DNA of 61,270 nucleotides, filler included. It is 4 parts of 4 records of this genome, joined end to end, with 100 filler letters (N's around TTAATTAATTAA, not from the genome) between each part and the next. Parts side by side here need not be neighbours in the genome. Positions count along the whole stretch, not along the records: positions 29,195 to 56,186 come from SRR20825010_3667; 3 more parts are not named here. One strand, given 5' to 3'. Position numbers and translations under genes: made by a program. Below, in pieces: positions 39,082 to 48,300 of the stretch; positions within the stretch are counted from its first letter, which is position 1, and every line of letters starts with the position of its first letter. The notes beneath the pieces are model-generated. The model did not search any database. It had not been told where the DNA came from and saw nothing but the letters and a program-made list of their open reading frames with translations.

Positions 39082-40635
39082 ATGGCCATATTAGGGACTA
39101 TACTTAAAAGAGGAATAAAGCTTAGGGAAACATTAGAACAAGATTATACATCACCCTATGAACTTCAGAAAAAAGAGTTGTCTAAACTGCTTATTAGTGC
39201 AAGAAACACACAATTTGGTAGGGAGTATGATTTTGTAAGTGTTCTCGAATCTTTTAGGAATCATGGAGGGCACGATTTTTTAGATAAATTTAAAGCCAAT
39301 GTGCCTGTCTGTGATTATGAAAAAATTAATGCGGATTGGTGGCATAAAATTAGAGAAGGTGAAGAGGATGTTTGCTGGCCAGGTAAAACCAAGTTTTTCG
39401 CTTTAAGCTCTGGTACCTCAGGTGCAGCCTCAAAATATATTCCCGTTACAAAGGATATGATTCGCCAGATTAGAAGAACGGGGACAAGACATATCTATAC
39501 ACTTTCTAAATACGATTTACCTGATAAATTCTTTCAGTCAGGTATGCTTATGCTGGGAGGAAGTACCTCGCTCAATTTTTCTGGAAACTATTATTATGGT
39601 GACTTGAGTGGAATTACCACGGGGCAACTACCGCTTTGGGTGCAAGGTTTTTCAAGACCTACACCAAAGATTAAAAAGAATAAAGACTGGGCAGCCAAGC
39701 TAGATGAAATTGTAGAGTCAGCGCCAAAGTGGAATATTGGAATGATTGTGGGTGTGCCTGCATGGATGCAGATCCTTTTAGAACGAATTATTGAAAGGTA
39801 TCATGTCAAGGATATTCATGAGATTTGGCCAAACCTGCAAGCTTTTGTGCATGGGGGGGTGTCTTTCGAACCGTATAAAAAGGGTTTTGAAAAACTATTG
39901 GGCAAGCCGGTTCATTTTATAGAAACTTATTTGGCTTCCGAAGGATTTTTAGCCTTCCAGTCTGAGCCAAATAAAAAATCAATGCGACTGGTTTTGAATA
40001 ATGGGATTTTCTATGAGTTTGTACCTTTTAATGATAAGAACTTTAGCCCCGATGGGGTCATTGTTGAGCACCCAGAGACGGTCATGATTGATCAAGTGGA
40101 GGAGGGGAAGGATTATGCTTTGTTGATTTCTACCTGTGCCGGAGCATGGCGTTATCAAATTGGAGATACTGTGAAGCTCGTAGATAAAAGAAATTCAGAG
40201 ATTATAATAACAGGCCGAACGAAGCATTTCTTAAGCCTTTGTGGCGAACACCTTTCTGTAGATAATATGAATCATGCCATTGAATTGGCTGCCGAGGAAC
40301 TGAATATTAGTGTTAAGGAATTTACGGTTACAGGTATTCCCGATGGTACACTATTCTCACACAAATGGTATGTCGGAACTGATGATGATGTGGATAGCGC
40401 TGCTTTGTGCGAACGTATTGACGCACACCTTAAGATCGTGAATGATGACTATGCCGTAGAGCGAAAGCATGCCTTGAAGAATGTTTCTTTAGAGATTATA
40501 CCGACATCGGTTTTCTATGATTGGATGCGCTCAGAAGGTAAAGAAGGCGGTCAATCCAAGTTCCCGAGGGTACTCAAAGGTGATCACCTTCATAGCTGGG
40601 TTAAATTTTTGAAAGATCAACCAGAGAAGTCCTGA
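39082..40635 (+). CDS. GH3 family acyl-adenylate-forming protein
   Basis: SSGTSGAASKYIP; YLASEG; WRYQIGD; GQSKFPR. Confidence 0.9.
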   Translation: MAILGTILKRGIKLRETLEQDYTSPYELQKKELSKLLISARNTQFGREYDFVSVLESFRNHGGHDFLDKFKANVPVCDYEKINADWWHKIREGEEDVCWPGKTKFFALSSGTSGAASKYIPVTKDMIRQIRRTGTRHIYTLSKYDLPDKFFQSGMLMLGGSTSLNFSGNYYYGDLSGITTGQLPLWVQGFSRPTPKIKKNKDWAAKLDEIVESAPKWNIGMIVGVPAWMQILLERIIERYHVKDIHEIWPNLQAFVHGGVSFEPYKKGFEKLLGKPVHFIETYLASEGFLAFQSEPNKKSMRLVLNNGIFYEFVPFNDKNFSPDGVIVEHPETVMIDQVEEGKDYALLISTCAGAWRYQIGDTVKLVDKRNSEIIITGRTKHFLSLCGEHLSVDNMNHAIELAAEELNISVKEFTVTGIPDGTLFSHKWYVGTDDDVDSAALCERIDAHLKIVNDDYAVERKHALKNVSLEIIPTSVFYDWMRSEGKEGGQSKFPRVLKGDHLHSWVKFLKDQPEKS

Positions 40636-41273
40636 TGCATCCTATACTTAATGGCTTGTTGTTTGGTTTGTTACTTTGTGTGCTGATTGGCCCCGTTTTC
40701 TTTGCACTTATTCAGAACAGCATAGAAAAGGGTTTTTGGTCTGGATTCTTTATGGCAATTGGGGTCGCGCTAAGCGATGTTTTTTATATCGTAATTACTT
40801 ACTTCGGAGTTTCTCAACTTGTGGAGAGTGAGAACTTTAAAATGTGGCTGGGAGGAGTAGGGGGAGTAATTATGCTGGTTTTTGGGCTTTTCTATTTGTT
40901 CAAATCAGTGCCTAAAACGACTGCCATGAAGAGTACCAATGGTGGTAAACACGGTTTCAAACAGATATTAAAAGGCTTTTTCCTGAATGGCGTAAATCCC
41001 TTTGTGTTGTTTTTTTGGATTGGGATTATGAGTAAAGTTTCCATTGATTTTGAATACTCTTCGAATCAAGCCCTTGGGTTCTTTATTGCCTTAGTGGGGA
41101 CCGTGTTTATTGTAGATGTCCTGAAGTCTTATTTCGCTACTAAACTTAGAGAAATTGTTACCGTTCGTTTTATGAAAATCATGAACCGAACCGTAGGCGT
41201 GGCTTTGATTCTTTTTGCACTCCGATTGCTTAATTTCTTGCTTGAAGGTTTCGGTATTCAACTCTTTGCGTAA
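40635..41273 (+). CDS. LysE family transporter
   Basis: IGPVFFALIQ; GVALSD; GFFLNGVNP; multiple TM helices. Confidence 0.88.
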   Translation: MHPILNGLLFGLLLCVLIGPVFFALIQNSIEKGFWSGFFMAIGVALSDVFYIVITYFGVSQLVESENFKMWLGGVGGVIMLVFGLFYLFKSVPKTTAMKSTNGGKHGFKQILKGFFLNGVNPFVLFFWIGIMSKVSIDFEYSSNQALGFFIALVGTVFIVDVLKSYFATKLREIVTVRFMKIMNRTVGVALILFALRLLNFLLEGFGIQLFA

Positions 41274-41275
41274 CC

Positions 41276-41872
41276 ATGAAAAAATCATTCTTTCTTACTG
41301 TTCTTCTGATTTTTATCACCTTTCAGGCGCTTGGTCAGCCTTCTGAACTCACAGCATTTAATACTGACCGACTGGAGTTGAATAAAGTGGGAATGATTGT
41401 GCTGGGCAGTTGGGCCATTGGTAACTTCGCCACCAATGCAGCTTTATTGAAAAGCCCAAGTTCTAAAGAACGAGGCCATTTTTATAGAATGAATATCTAT
41501 TGGAATGTGGTGAATTTAGCATTATCGGTACCGGGCTTGCGCAATTCTATAATTACAGATCCGAGCAGCTTGAGTTTAGCGAAATCCATTGGCGACTATC
41601 GCCAAATGGGTAAAGTGCTTTTGATCAATGCGGGGCTAGATGTAGCTTACATTACAGGTGGTTTCTTAATGAAAGAGATGGCTAAATCACGTCCAAACAA
41701 ACAGGATTTACTTAATGGGTATGGTAGGTCTCTAATTCTCCAAGGAGGATTTTTATTTGCTTTTGATGTAGTGATGTATAGCTTGCTTCAATCCAAGAGC
41801 AACAGCCTGAATAAAATACTAGAAACAGTAACCGTGAATGTTGACGGATTGAGCCTAATTTTTAGGCTTTAA
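41276..41872 (+). CDS. Conserved hypothetical secreted/membrane protein
   Basis: Signal peptide; MNIYWNVVN; NAGLDVAY; QGGFLFAFD. Confidence 0.75.
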   Translation: MKKSFFLTVLLIFITFQALGQPSELTAFNTDRLELNKVGMIVLGSWAIGNFATNAALLKSPSSKERGHFYRMNIYWNVVNLALSVPGLRNSIITDPSSLSLAKSIGDYRQMGKVLLINAGLDVAYITGGFLMKEMAKSRPNKQDLLNGYGRSLILQGGFLFAFDVVMYSLLQSKSNSLNKILETVTVNVDGLSLIFRL

Positions 41873-41911
41873 GAGTGTATCACGCTTTGACAATAGGCAC
41901 TAGAAAGCCAC

Positions 41912-42961
41912 CTAATCTTCCAACACGTTACTGATAAAAGTGCTTTTAGAAAGCATAAACAGAATAAAGAAAACCAAGCCCCATTTAGCATAAATAGGGT
42001 AGAAGTCAGTAGTGTTTTTGTAGCGGGTTTCTTTGATCTCAGCTTTCTCGTACTGGTCAATTAAGCTAAAAACGTTTGAAAGTGCTTCGTTATCGGAAGC
42101 ACGATAGAACTGACCATCACCAATCTCGGCAATCTTTCTTAGCGTGGTCTCATCTAGCGTATTCTCAATGTAATTGGGCCTGCCAAAGAAGTCTTTTCCG
42201 TAAGGTACTTTTCCATCCTTACCAATGCCAATGGTGTAGATTTTAATGCCGTAAGCTGCTGCTAATTCAGCTGCAGTAATTGGATCAATGTTTCCAGCGG
42301 TGTTATCTCCGTCACTCAATAAAATCATCACCTTAGAAGCAGCAGAGGATTCTGTCATTCGGTTGGTGCCTGTTGCAATGGCGCTACCAATGGCCGTACC
42401 ACGGTTCTCTATTTTACCAAAGTCTACCTCTGTGTCAATGAAACTGCCCAGTAATTCATAGTCAGTAGTTAATGGAGAAAGCGAATAGGCATCACCAGAA
42501 AAAATCACGAGTCCAATTCTATCCTGAAAACGACCCGAAATAAAGCCACGAGCTGTTTCTTTAGCCGCCTCAAGTCGGTTTGGTTTAAAATCTTCAATCT
42601 GCATTGATTCTGAGGTATCGATGATCAACACGATATCAATTCCTTCTGTCCATTGCTCCACCTCTTCGTTGGTGCGCTGAGGGCGAGCCAGCGCTACGAT
42701 TAACATGGTCAAGGCCAAGGCAGTGAAAAGGTTAGGGATAACCCTCAAGTAGCTTGTCCAGCTGCGTTCTATGTCTTGTTTGGGAAGTGCAACGGGGAGT
42801 TTTTGCTTTATTTTGGTGCCTATCAGCCATTTAAGAAGAAACAGGATCAGAACTAATGGAAGGGCGTATAGAAAAATAGGAAACGCCCAATCAAAGGATT
42901 TGAGACCTGTAGGAGTAAACCACTCCAGTGAAAGCCAACTATATTTCGATTCGTCAAGCAT
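41912..42961 (-). CDS. batA: BatA-like VWA domain protein
   Basis: ALARPQ; DTSESM MIDAS; PNRLEAAK; SPLTTD; LSDGDN; IYTIGIG. Confidence 0.8.
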   Translation of the reverse strand: MLDESKYSWLSLEWFTPTGLKSFDWAFPIFLYALPLVLILFLLKWLIGTKIKQKLPVALPKQDIERSWTSYLRVIPNLFTALALTMLIVALARPQRTNEEVEQWTEGIDIVLIIDTSESMQIEDFKPNRLEAAKETARGFISGRFQDRIGLVIFSGDAYSLSPLTTDYELLGSFIDTEVDFGKIENRGTAIGSAIATGTNRMTESSAASKVMILLSDGDNTAGNIDPITAAELAAAYGIKIYTIGIGKDGKVPYGKDFFGRPNYIENTLDETTLRKIAEIGDGQFYRASDNEALSNVFSLIDQYEKAEIKETRYKNTTDFYPIYAKWGLVFFILFMLSKSTFISNVLED

Positions 42962-43853
42962 TTTTAATTACTTCTGAAATGTGATTGTATCGGTCTTGAG
43001 TATAGTCTTTCAAAAACTCAAAATCGTTTTGTAAGGCAGAAACGGTAGCCCTACTGTATATGTTTTTATCAATGGATTTGAGCGTTTCATCCAAGCTGGA
43101 ACTTTGCTTCAATAATACAATTTCCTTGGTGGTTAATTTGGTATAGGGTAAGTTTTCTAAACCTTCCATATAGCTCTTCCAGTATTTTAAAGTCTTTTCA
43201 ATATTCGCCTTTGTCGTGTCATTGCTCAAAGCATCAATCTGTTGCTCGAAGCCTGCTTTGAACTTCTCAAGGCCTTTGTTTAGTCGGTAAAGCTTTATTC
43301 TTTTTCTAATCTCTTTACCCCAAACTACTAAAACGATTATAGCCAAAACACCTAGAACCACTAAAACGATAATGAAATACGGATAATTGAACTCCAATGA
43401 AACAGGCCTGTAATAAGCGTTTTCCTCCATACTCACGCTATCAGGCATTTGTGTAACTACCTGATCTAGAATAATGGAATCCATTAAACTGAAATTCGGA
43501 ATACTGTCGCTTTCTGTAATTAGAAATACAGGTAAGGACAGTCTCTGAACCGTATCGATTTCAAAAGTGGTGAGGTAATACACCGCACTGTCAATACTAT
43601 TTAAGTCGTCAGACTGAGTATTGAAATACTCCTTCTTAACCAGTTCAAAGGGAGCGAAATTATAGAGCGAATCAGGAAATATAACGGACCTGTTTTTCTT
43701 GTCTTTATAACTGAAAATAAATGGAACCGGCTCACCGATTTTCACACTGTCTTTCAGGAAAAAACCAATGGGTTTTGTTTCCTGAGCGTGAATTGCCTGA
43801 CTTCCAGAGAAAATTAAGGCGGCTAGAATGGTAAGTTTAACGATCTTAATCAC
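42954..43853 (-). CDS. Hypothetical membrane protein of the Bat/MoxR cluster
   Basis: Signal peptide, DSVKIGEP, one TM helix; lies between DUF58 and batA. Confidence 0.75.
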   Translation of the reverse strand: MIKIVKLTILAALIFSGSQAIHAQETKPIGFFLKDSVKIGEPVPFIFSYKDKKNRSVIFPDSLYNFAPFELVKKEYFNTQSDDLNSIDSAVYYLTTFEIDTVQRLSLPVFLITESDSIPNFSLMDSIILDQVVTQMPDSVSMEENAYYRPVSLEFNYPYFIIVLVVLGVLAIIVLVVWGKEIRKRIKLYRLNKGLEKFKAGFEQQIDALSNDTTKANIEKTLKYWKSYMEGLENLPYTKLTTKEIVLLKQSSSLDETLKSIDKNIYSRATVSALQNDFEFLKDYTQDRYNHISEVIKNA

Positions 43854-44724
43854 GCTTCATTGATTTATTTCGCAGTTTGAAAAGTTTGATGAGTTGGGGG
43901 ATGTAATAATCCTTGGTATTGATTTCTACATAATTGATCTGGTGCTTTCTGCAAAACACCTGTAAGTCATCTTTATTCGTAGAGTATCGTTTTTCTAGCT
44001 TATTTCTAAAGTCCCTTGACGAAGTGTTTACCCACACCGTTTTACGACTCTCTTTGTCGTAAACAGGAATTATGCCCAAGTTAGGCAAATTAGTTTCTCT
44101 GTCGTCTTTTAAGTGAATCACCACAAGGTCGTGCTTACTTGATAAAGTCCTGAGGTTTTTTTCGTAATCGGTGTCAATGAAATCCGAGATCAAAATCACC
44201 ACACTCTTTTTATTGATGGCTTCAAGTGCTAACCCAATGGCCTTACTGATGTTCGTTTTTCCTGATTTCGGTTTCAGATTATAGAGTTCATGAATAATGG
44301 CATAACCGTGTTTGTTGCCTTTTCCAGACTTTACAAATTTTTCTTTTTGATCTGAAAAGCAAATGAGCCCCACTCTGTTTTGCTCTTTAATCGCAGAAAG
44401 CGTTAGAACCGCAGCAATTTCTTTTCCTACATCTACCTTTTGTGCACCCGGGTTTCCTATTTCTTGCGAACCACTCACATCGAGTAAGAAGAAAACGGTT
44501 TGTTCTTTTTCTTCTTTAAAAGTCTTTACAAAGGTTCCATGCCCTTTGGCCGAAGTGTTCCAGTCAATATTTCGGACGTCATCGCCATAGTGGTATTCGC
44601 GCACTCCGTCAAACTCCATCCCCGATCCTTTGAAAATGGAATGGAAATCCCCTTGCATCCGGGAATTGATGGCTTTTCTGATTTGTATTTCGTACTTCCT
44701 AAGCTTGGAAATTATGTGCTCCAT
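43846..44724 (-). CDS. DUF58 domain protein
   Basis: FKGSGMEFDGVREYHYGDDVRNIDWN; DVSGS; ISDF. Confidence 0.93.
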   Translation of the reverse strand: MEHIISKLRKYEIQIRKAINSRMQGDFHSIFKGSGMEFDGVREYHYGDDVRNIDWNTSAKGHGTFVKTFKEEKEQTVFFLLDVSGSQEIGNPGAQKVDVGKEIAAVLTLSAIKEQNRVGLICFSDQKEKFVKSGKGNKHGYAIIHELYNLKPKSGKTNISKAIGLALEAINKKSVVILISDFIDTDYEKNLRTLSSKHDLVVIHLKDDRETNLPNLGIIPVYDKESRKTVWVNTSSRDFRNKLEKRYSTNKDDLQVFCRKHQINYVEINTKDYYIPQLIKLFKLRNKSMKRD

Positions 44725-44869
44725 ATCTAAAAGGCCAAAAATAGAATTAAATCGGTTTTATTCAGCGTCAACTATCTTAAATTTGGTTAAGAAGCATTCC
44801 GCTACCGTGCAGAATACGTTACCTTTGACAAATTCGTTTGAAAATCGAAGTTGAAAATAAAATTGAGGA

Positions 44870-45220
44870 TTGAGTGTGAAAAAGCTTTTTTTGTTGGCGG
44901 TTAGTTGCTTGTTTTTTACCTGCGGTAGTAAAGAAGAGTTGCCTGAAGGATTATTGTCAGAATCTGAGATGATTGACATCATGATTGATATCCGAGTAGC
45001 AGAGGGTAAGGTTACCCACTTGTTGCTTAAGCCCGATTCCGCAAAACAGGTGTTTAAGATATTGGAAAAGAGGATTTTCGAGGAACATAATGTGGATACT
45101 ATAGCTTATAAAAGTAGCTATCAGTACTATTTGCTTCATCCAGAAAAGGCTTCTGTAATATTCTCAGCCACCTTGGATAGCCTCAATGTTATGAAAGAAA
45201 GAGTCACCAACGACAGATAA
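44870..45220 (+). CDS. DUF4296-like lipoprotein
   Basis: Lipobox Cys; PEGLLSESEMIDIMIDI; SYQYY. Confidence 0.75.
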   Translation: MSVKKLFLLAVSCLFFTCGSKEELPEGLLSESEMIDIMIDIRVAEGKVTHLLLKPDSAKQVFKILEKRIFEEHNVDTIAYKSSYQYYLLHPEKASVIFSATLDSLNVMKERVTNDR

Positions 45221-45240
45221 GAACAATACGCCTTTACCGA

Positions 45241-47619
45241 ATGCTTTATCCCCCAAATTTAGAAGAAAAACTAGGTTTTGATAAGATCAGGACAATGTTA
45301 CTCGACCAATGCGAGAGTAACTTAGGTGCCCAGTTCGTTTCAAAAATAAAATACTCTACAGACCGCAATTCTATAGATAAGTGGTTGGAACAAACCCACG
45401 AATTCACCAGAATTATCCAAAGTGGAGAGCTTTTTCCGAACGCGAACTACATCGATGTATCATCACACCTTAAAAAGGTACAGATGGAAAACTCATTTCT
45501 TTCCGAAGAAGAGTTTTTTGATTTGCTCTTGGTTTTCAAAACTGCCGACCAATGTTTAAGCTTCTTTAGCCAAAAGCGAGAGGATTATCCGGAACTCACT
45601 CAGCTTACACATCCATTGCTTTGGAATGATGCATTGCTTTGGTCCATCGATCGGAAATTTGACGAGCGAGGAAAACTAAAAGACAATGCTTCTGCTTTAT
45701 TGGCTGAAATCAGGAAAGGGATTTTCACAGAACAACAAAGACTTAGAAAAGTACTTGATGGTATTTTAAGAAGAGCACAGAAAGACGGTTTTACCCCAGA
45801 CGATGTATCCATTACTATTCGTGAAGGCCGAATGGTAATTCCTGTGTTGGCGGAATACAAAAGAAGAGTGCGCGGCTTTGTGCATGGCGAATCTGCCACT
45901 GGCCAAACCGTTTATTTAGAACCCAGCGAAGTACTCGAAATCAATAATGAAGTTCGTGAGCTAGAGTATGCTGAAAAGCGAGAAGTCACACGAATCCTAA
46001 CATCATTGACCGATGAGGTGCGTCCTGAACTGGAGAACCTTTCGGGGATAATGAGATTTTTGGGCGTTATCGATTTTATTCGTGCCAAAGCTCGGTTCGG
46101 AATTGAAATTGAAGGCATAAAGCCTGTTTGGAACGAAAATAAAGGTTTTGAATGGAAGGAAGCTAGGCACCCATCACTTTACCTTTCCTTTAAAAAGTTA
46201 GGGAAGACGGTAGTGCCATTGAATATTTCACTCGATGCCGAAAAACGAATTCTAGTTATTTCTGGGCCAAATGCCGGAGGGAAAAGTGTTTGCCTGAAAA
46301 CTGTTGGCTTATTGCAGTACATGTTCCAATGTGGCCTGCTGGTTTCGGTGAACGAAACTTCACGCTTCACTATTTACAATGACCTATTTATTGATATTGG
46401 TGATGAACAATCTATCGAGAACGATCTAAGTACATACAGTTCGCACTTGGTGAACATGAAGAACCTCTTGGGGCATGTTAATAAGGCCAGCTTATTCCTG
46501 ATTGATGAATTTGGAACGGGAACCGAACCGCAGTTTGGTGGTGCCATTGCCGAGGCTATTCTGGATGAATTGCGCAGCTCAAAAGGTATGGGTGTAATTA
46601 CTACACACTATGGCAACCTAAAGGAATATGCCGACAAGCAACATGGATTGGTAAATGGAGCCATGAAGTACGATTTAAAGAACCTTCAACCTATTTATCA
46701 ACTAGAAATTGGTAAGCCTGGAAGTTCATTCGCTTTAGAAATTGCCAGAAAAATTGGCCTTTCAAATCAGACTATAGAATACGCCAAATCTAAAGTAGGA
46801 ATTAAGCAGGTTTCTGTAGATCAGCTTTTAGGTCAGCTAGAAAGTCAACAGTACGAAGTTGAGAAAGCTGAGAAGCGAGTGAAGACCAAGGAGAAGGAAT
46901 TGGATGAGTTAACGACTCAGTATGCCGAGCTAAAATCTCATCTAGAAAATCAAGAGAAGAAGATACTGAACACAGCCAAGCGCGAAGCTAAAGTGCTTTT
47001 GGACAGTGCAAATAAAGAGGTGGAGCGTGTTATTCGTGAGATCAAAGAAGCCCAAGCGGACAAGGAAAAAGTAAAGCAAGCCCGCGAAAGCTTAGAGGTT
47101 GCTAAGAAGAAAACCAAAATCACTTCGCAAGAAAAGGAGGAGGTTCAAACCGAATCTGGTGCAATTGAAGTAGGAAGCTATGTCCGCATTAAGGGACAAG
47201 AAACCTCAGGGAAAGTGGTGTCTATCAAGGGAAAGGACGTTGAGTTAAGTATTGGAGCATTAAGCTCTATGGTCAAGCTTAATCGCTTAGAGAAAATAAC
47301 TCGCAAAGAAACCCGTGAAAAAGCCAATGTGATGTTAGGCAAAGCGGGAGTTTCGATCAACGAGAAAATGGCCAACTTCACTCAGAAGTTAGATATCCGT
47401 GGTTATCGTGCCGAAGAAGTAATTCCAAAGCTAGAGCAATACATAGACGAAGCCATTTTATTAGGCTTTAACGAACTCCATATTCTTCATGGAAAAGGCA
47501 ATGGTGTGTTAAGGCAAATTGTGCGAACTCACCTATCAACTTACAAAGAGATTGCCCAAATGAAAGATGAACATGTGGACCGAGGAGGAGCAGGAGTTAC
47601 TGTGGTTACTATGCGGTAG
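45241..47619 (+). CDS. mutS2: Endonuclease MutS2
   Basis: SATGQTVYLEP; ISGPNAGGKS; LIDEFGTGT; TTHY; C-terminal Smr HGKGNG. Confidence 0.95.
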   Translation: MLYPPNLEEKLGFDKIRTMLLDQCESNLGAQFVSKIKYSTDRNSIDKWLEQTHEFTRIIQSGELFPNANYIDVSSHLKKVQMENSFLSEEEFFDLLLVFKTADQCLSFFSQKREDYPELTQLTHPLLWNDALLWSIDRKFDERGKLKDNASALLAEIRKGIFTEQQRLRKVLDGILRRAQKDGFTPDDVSITIREGRMVIPVLAEYKRRVRGFVHGESATGQTVYLEPSEVLEINNEVRELEYAEKREVTRILTSLTDEVRPELENLSGIMRFLGVIDFIRAKARFGIEIEGIKPVWNENKGFEWKEARHPSLYLSFKKLGKTVVPLNISLDAEKRILVISGPNAGGKSVCLKTVGLLQYMFQCGLLVSVNETSRFTIYNDLFIDIGDEQSIENDLSTYSSHLVNMKNLLGHVNKASLFLIDEFGTGTEPQFGGAIAEAILDELRSSKGMGVITTHYGNLKEYADKQHGLVNGAMKYDLKNLQPIYQLEIGKPGSSFALEIARKIGLSNQTIEYAKSKVGIKQVSVDQLLGQLESQQYEVEKAEKRVKTKEKELDELTTQYAELKSHLENQEKKILNTAKREAKVLLDSANKEVERVIREIKEAQADKEKVKQARESLEVAKKKTKITSQEKEEVQTESGAIEVGSYVRIKGQETSGKVVSIKGKDVELSIGALSSMVKLNRLEKITRKETREKANVMLGKAGVSINEKMANFTQKLDIRGYRAEEVIPKLEQYIDEAILLGFNELHILHGKGNGVLRQIVRTHLSTYKEIAQMKDEHVDRGGAGVTVVTMR

Positions 47620-47735
47620 GGTAATTATAGGTTGATTAGTGTATTGGTTACTAGTAACTACGAGTTGATCGCTTCGATTTGACGGACTCTTTCGCATTCG
47701 CCCAAAAGCCATTTTTCAGAGTGACGGTAATTTCC

Positions 47736-47877
47736 ATCGTCATTGCTAGAAATAGGCTTCGCGGGAGCGAAAGGCTATGACGAAGCAATCCCACTTTTCA
47801 AATCACAGAAACTGCCACGTTGAAACTGCTTGTTACAGTCCATTGCTATCGCATGGACTATGCCTCGCAGTGACGAT
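47736..47877. repeat. REP-like inverted-repeat element (CGTCATTGC...CGAAGCAATC...GCAGTGACG)
   Basis: Terminal IR atcgtcattgc / gcagtgacgat and inner hairpin agtccat...atggact, between convergent genes. Confidence 0.65.
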
Positions 47878-47926
47878 TCTGATTCAAGCTTTGTGTTTCT
47901 TTGTGTTCTTTGTGGTTAAACCAACC

Positions 47927-48295
47927 CTAAACCAATCCCAGCATTGCATCATAGTCAATCGACATGTGTGAACTATGATGAACTGCCTTCCCATTTTTGA
48001 TGACAATCGCCTGCGGAGATTCATGTTGCACGCCAAATTGTTCTGCTATGGAATTCGATACATCTCTGAATTGAATCAGGTCTAAATAATAGATTTTCAA
48101 TTGGTTTCCTTCTTCAGTCCAGTTGCGCTCCAAACGGTTCAGCGCCATACTGCTAATACTGCAACGGGTGCTGTGCTTATAAATCACAACCGTTTGGTTT
48201 TCACTCTTTTCTATGATCTCAGAAAGCTGATCCATTCGCTCCAACCTATTCCACGGCACTTCAATAGTGTCTTCCTTCTTTTTATTCCAAAACAT
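47927..48295 (-). CDS. ytxJ: Bacillithiol-system redox-active protein YtxJ family
   Basis: KHSTRCSIS; HESPQ; SH motifs. Confidence 0.88.
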   Translation of the reverse strand: MFWNKKKEDTIEVPWNRLERMDQLSEIIEKSENQTVVIYKHSTRCSISSMALNRLERNWTEEGNQLKIYYLDLIQFRDVSNSIAEQFGVQHESPQAIVIKNGKAVHHSSHMSIDYDAMLGLV

Positions 48296-48300
48296 ATAGC

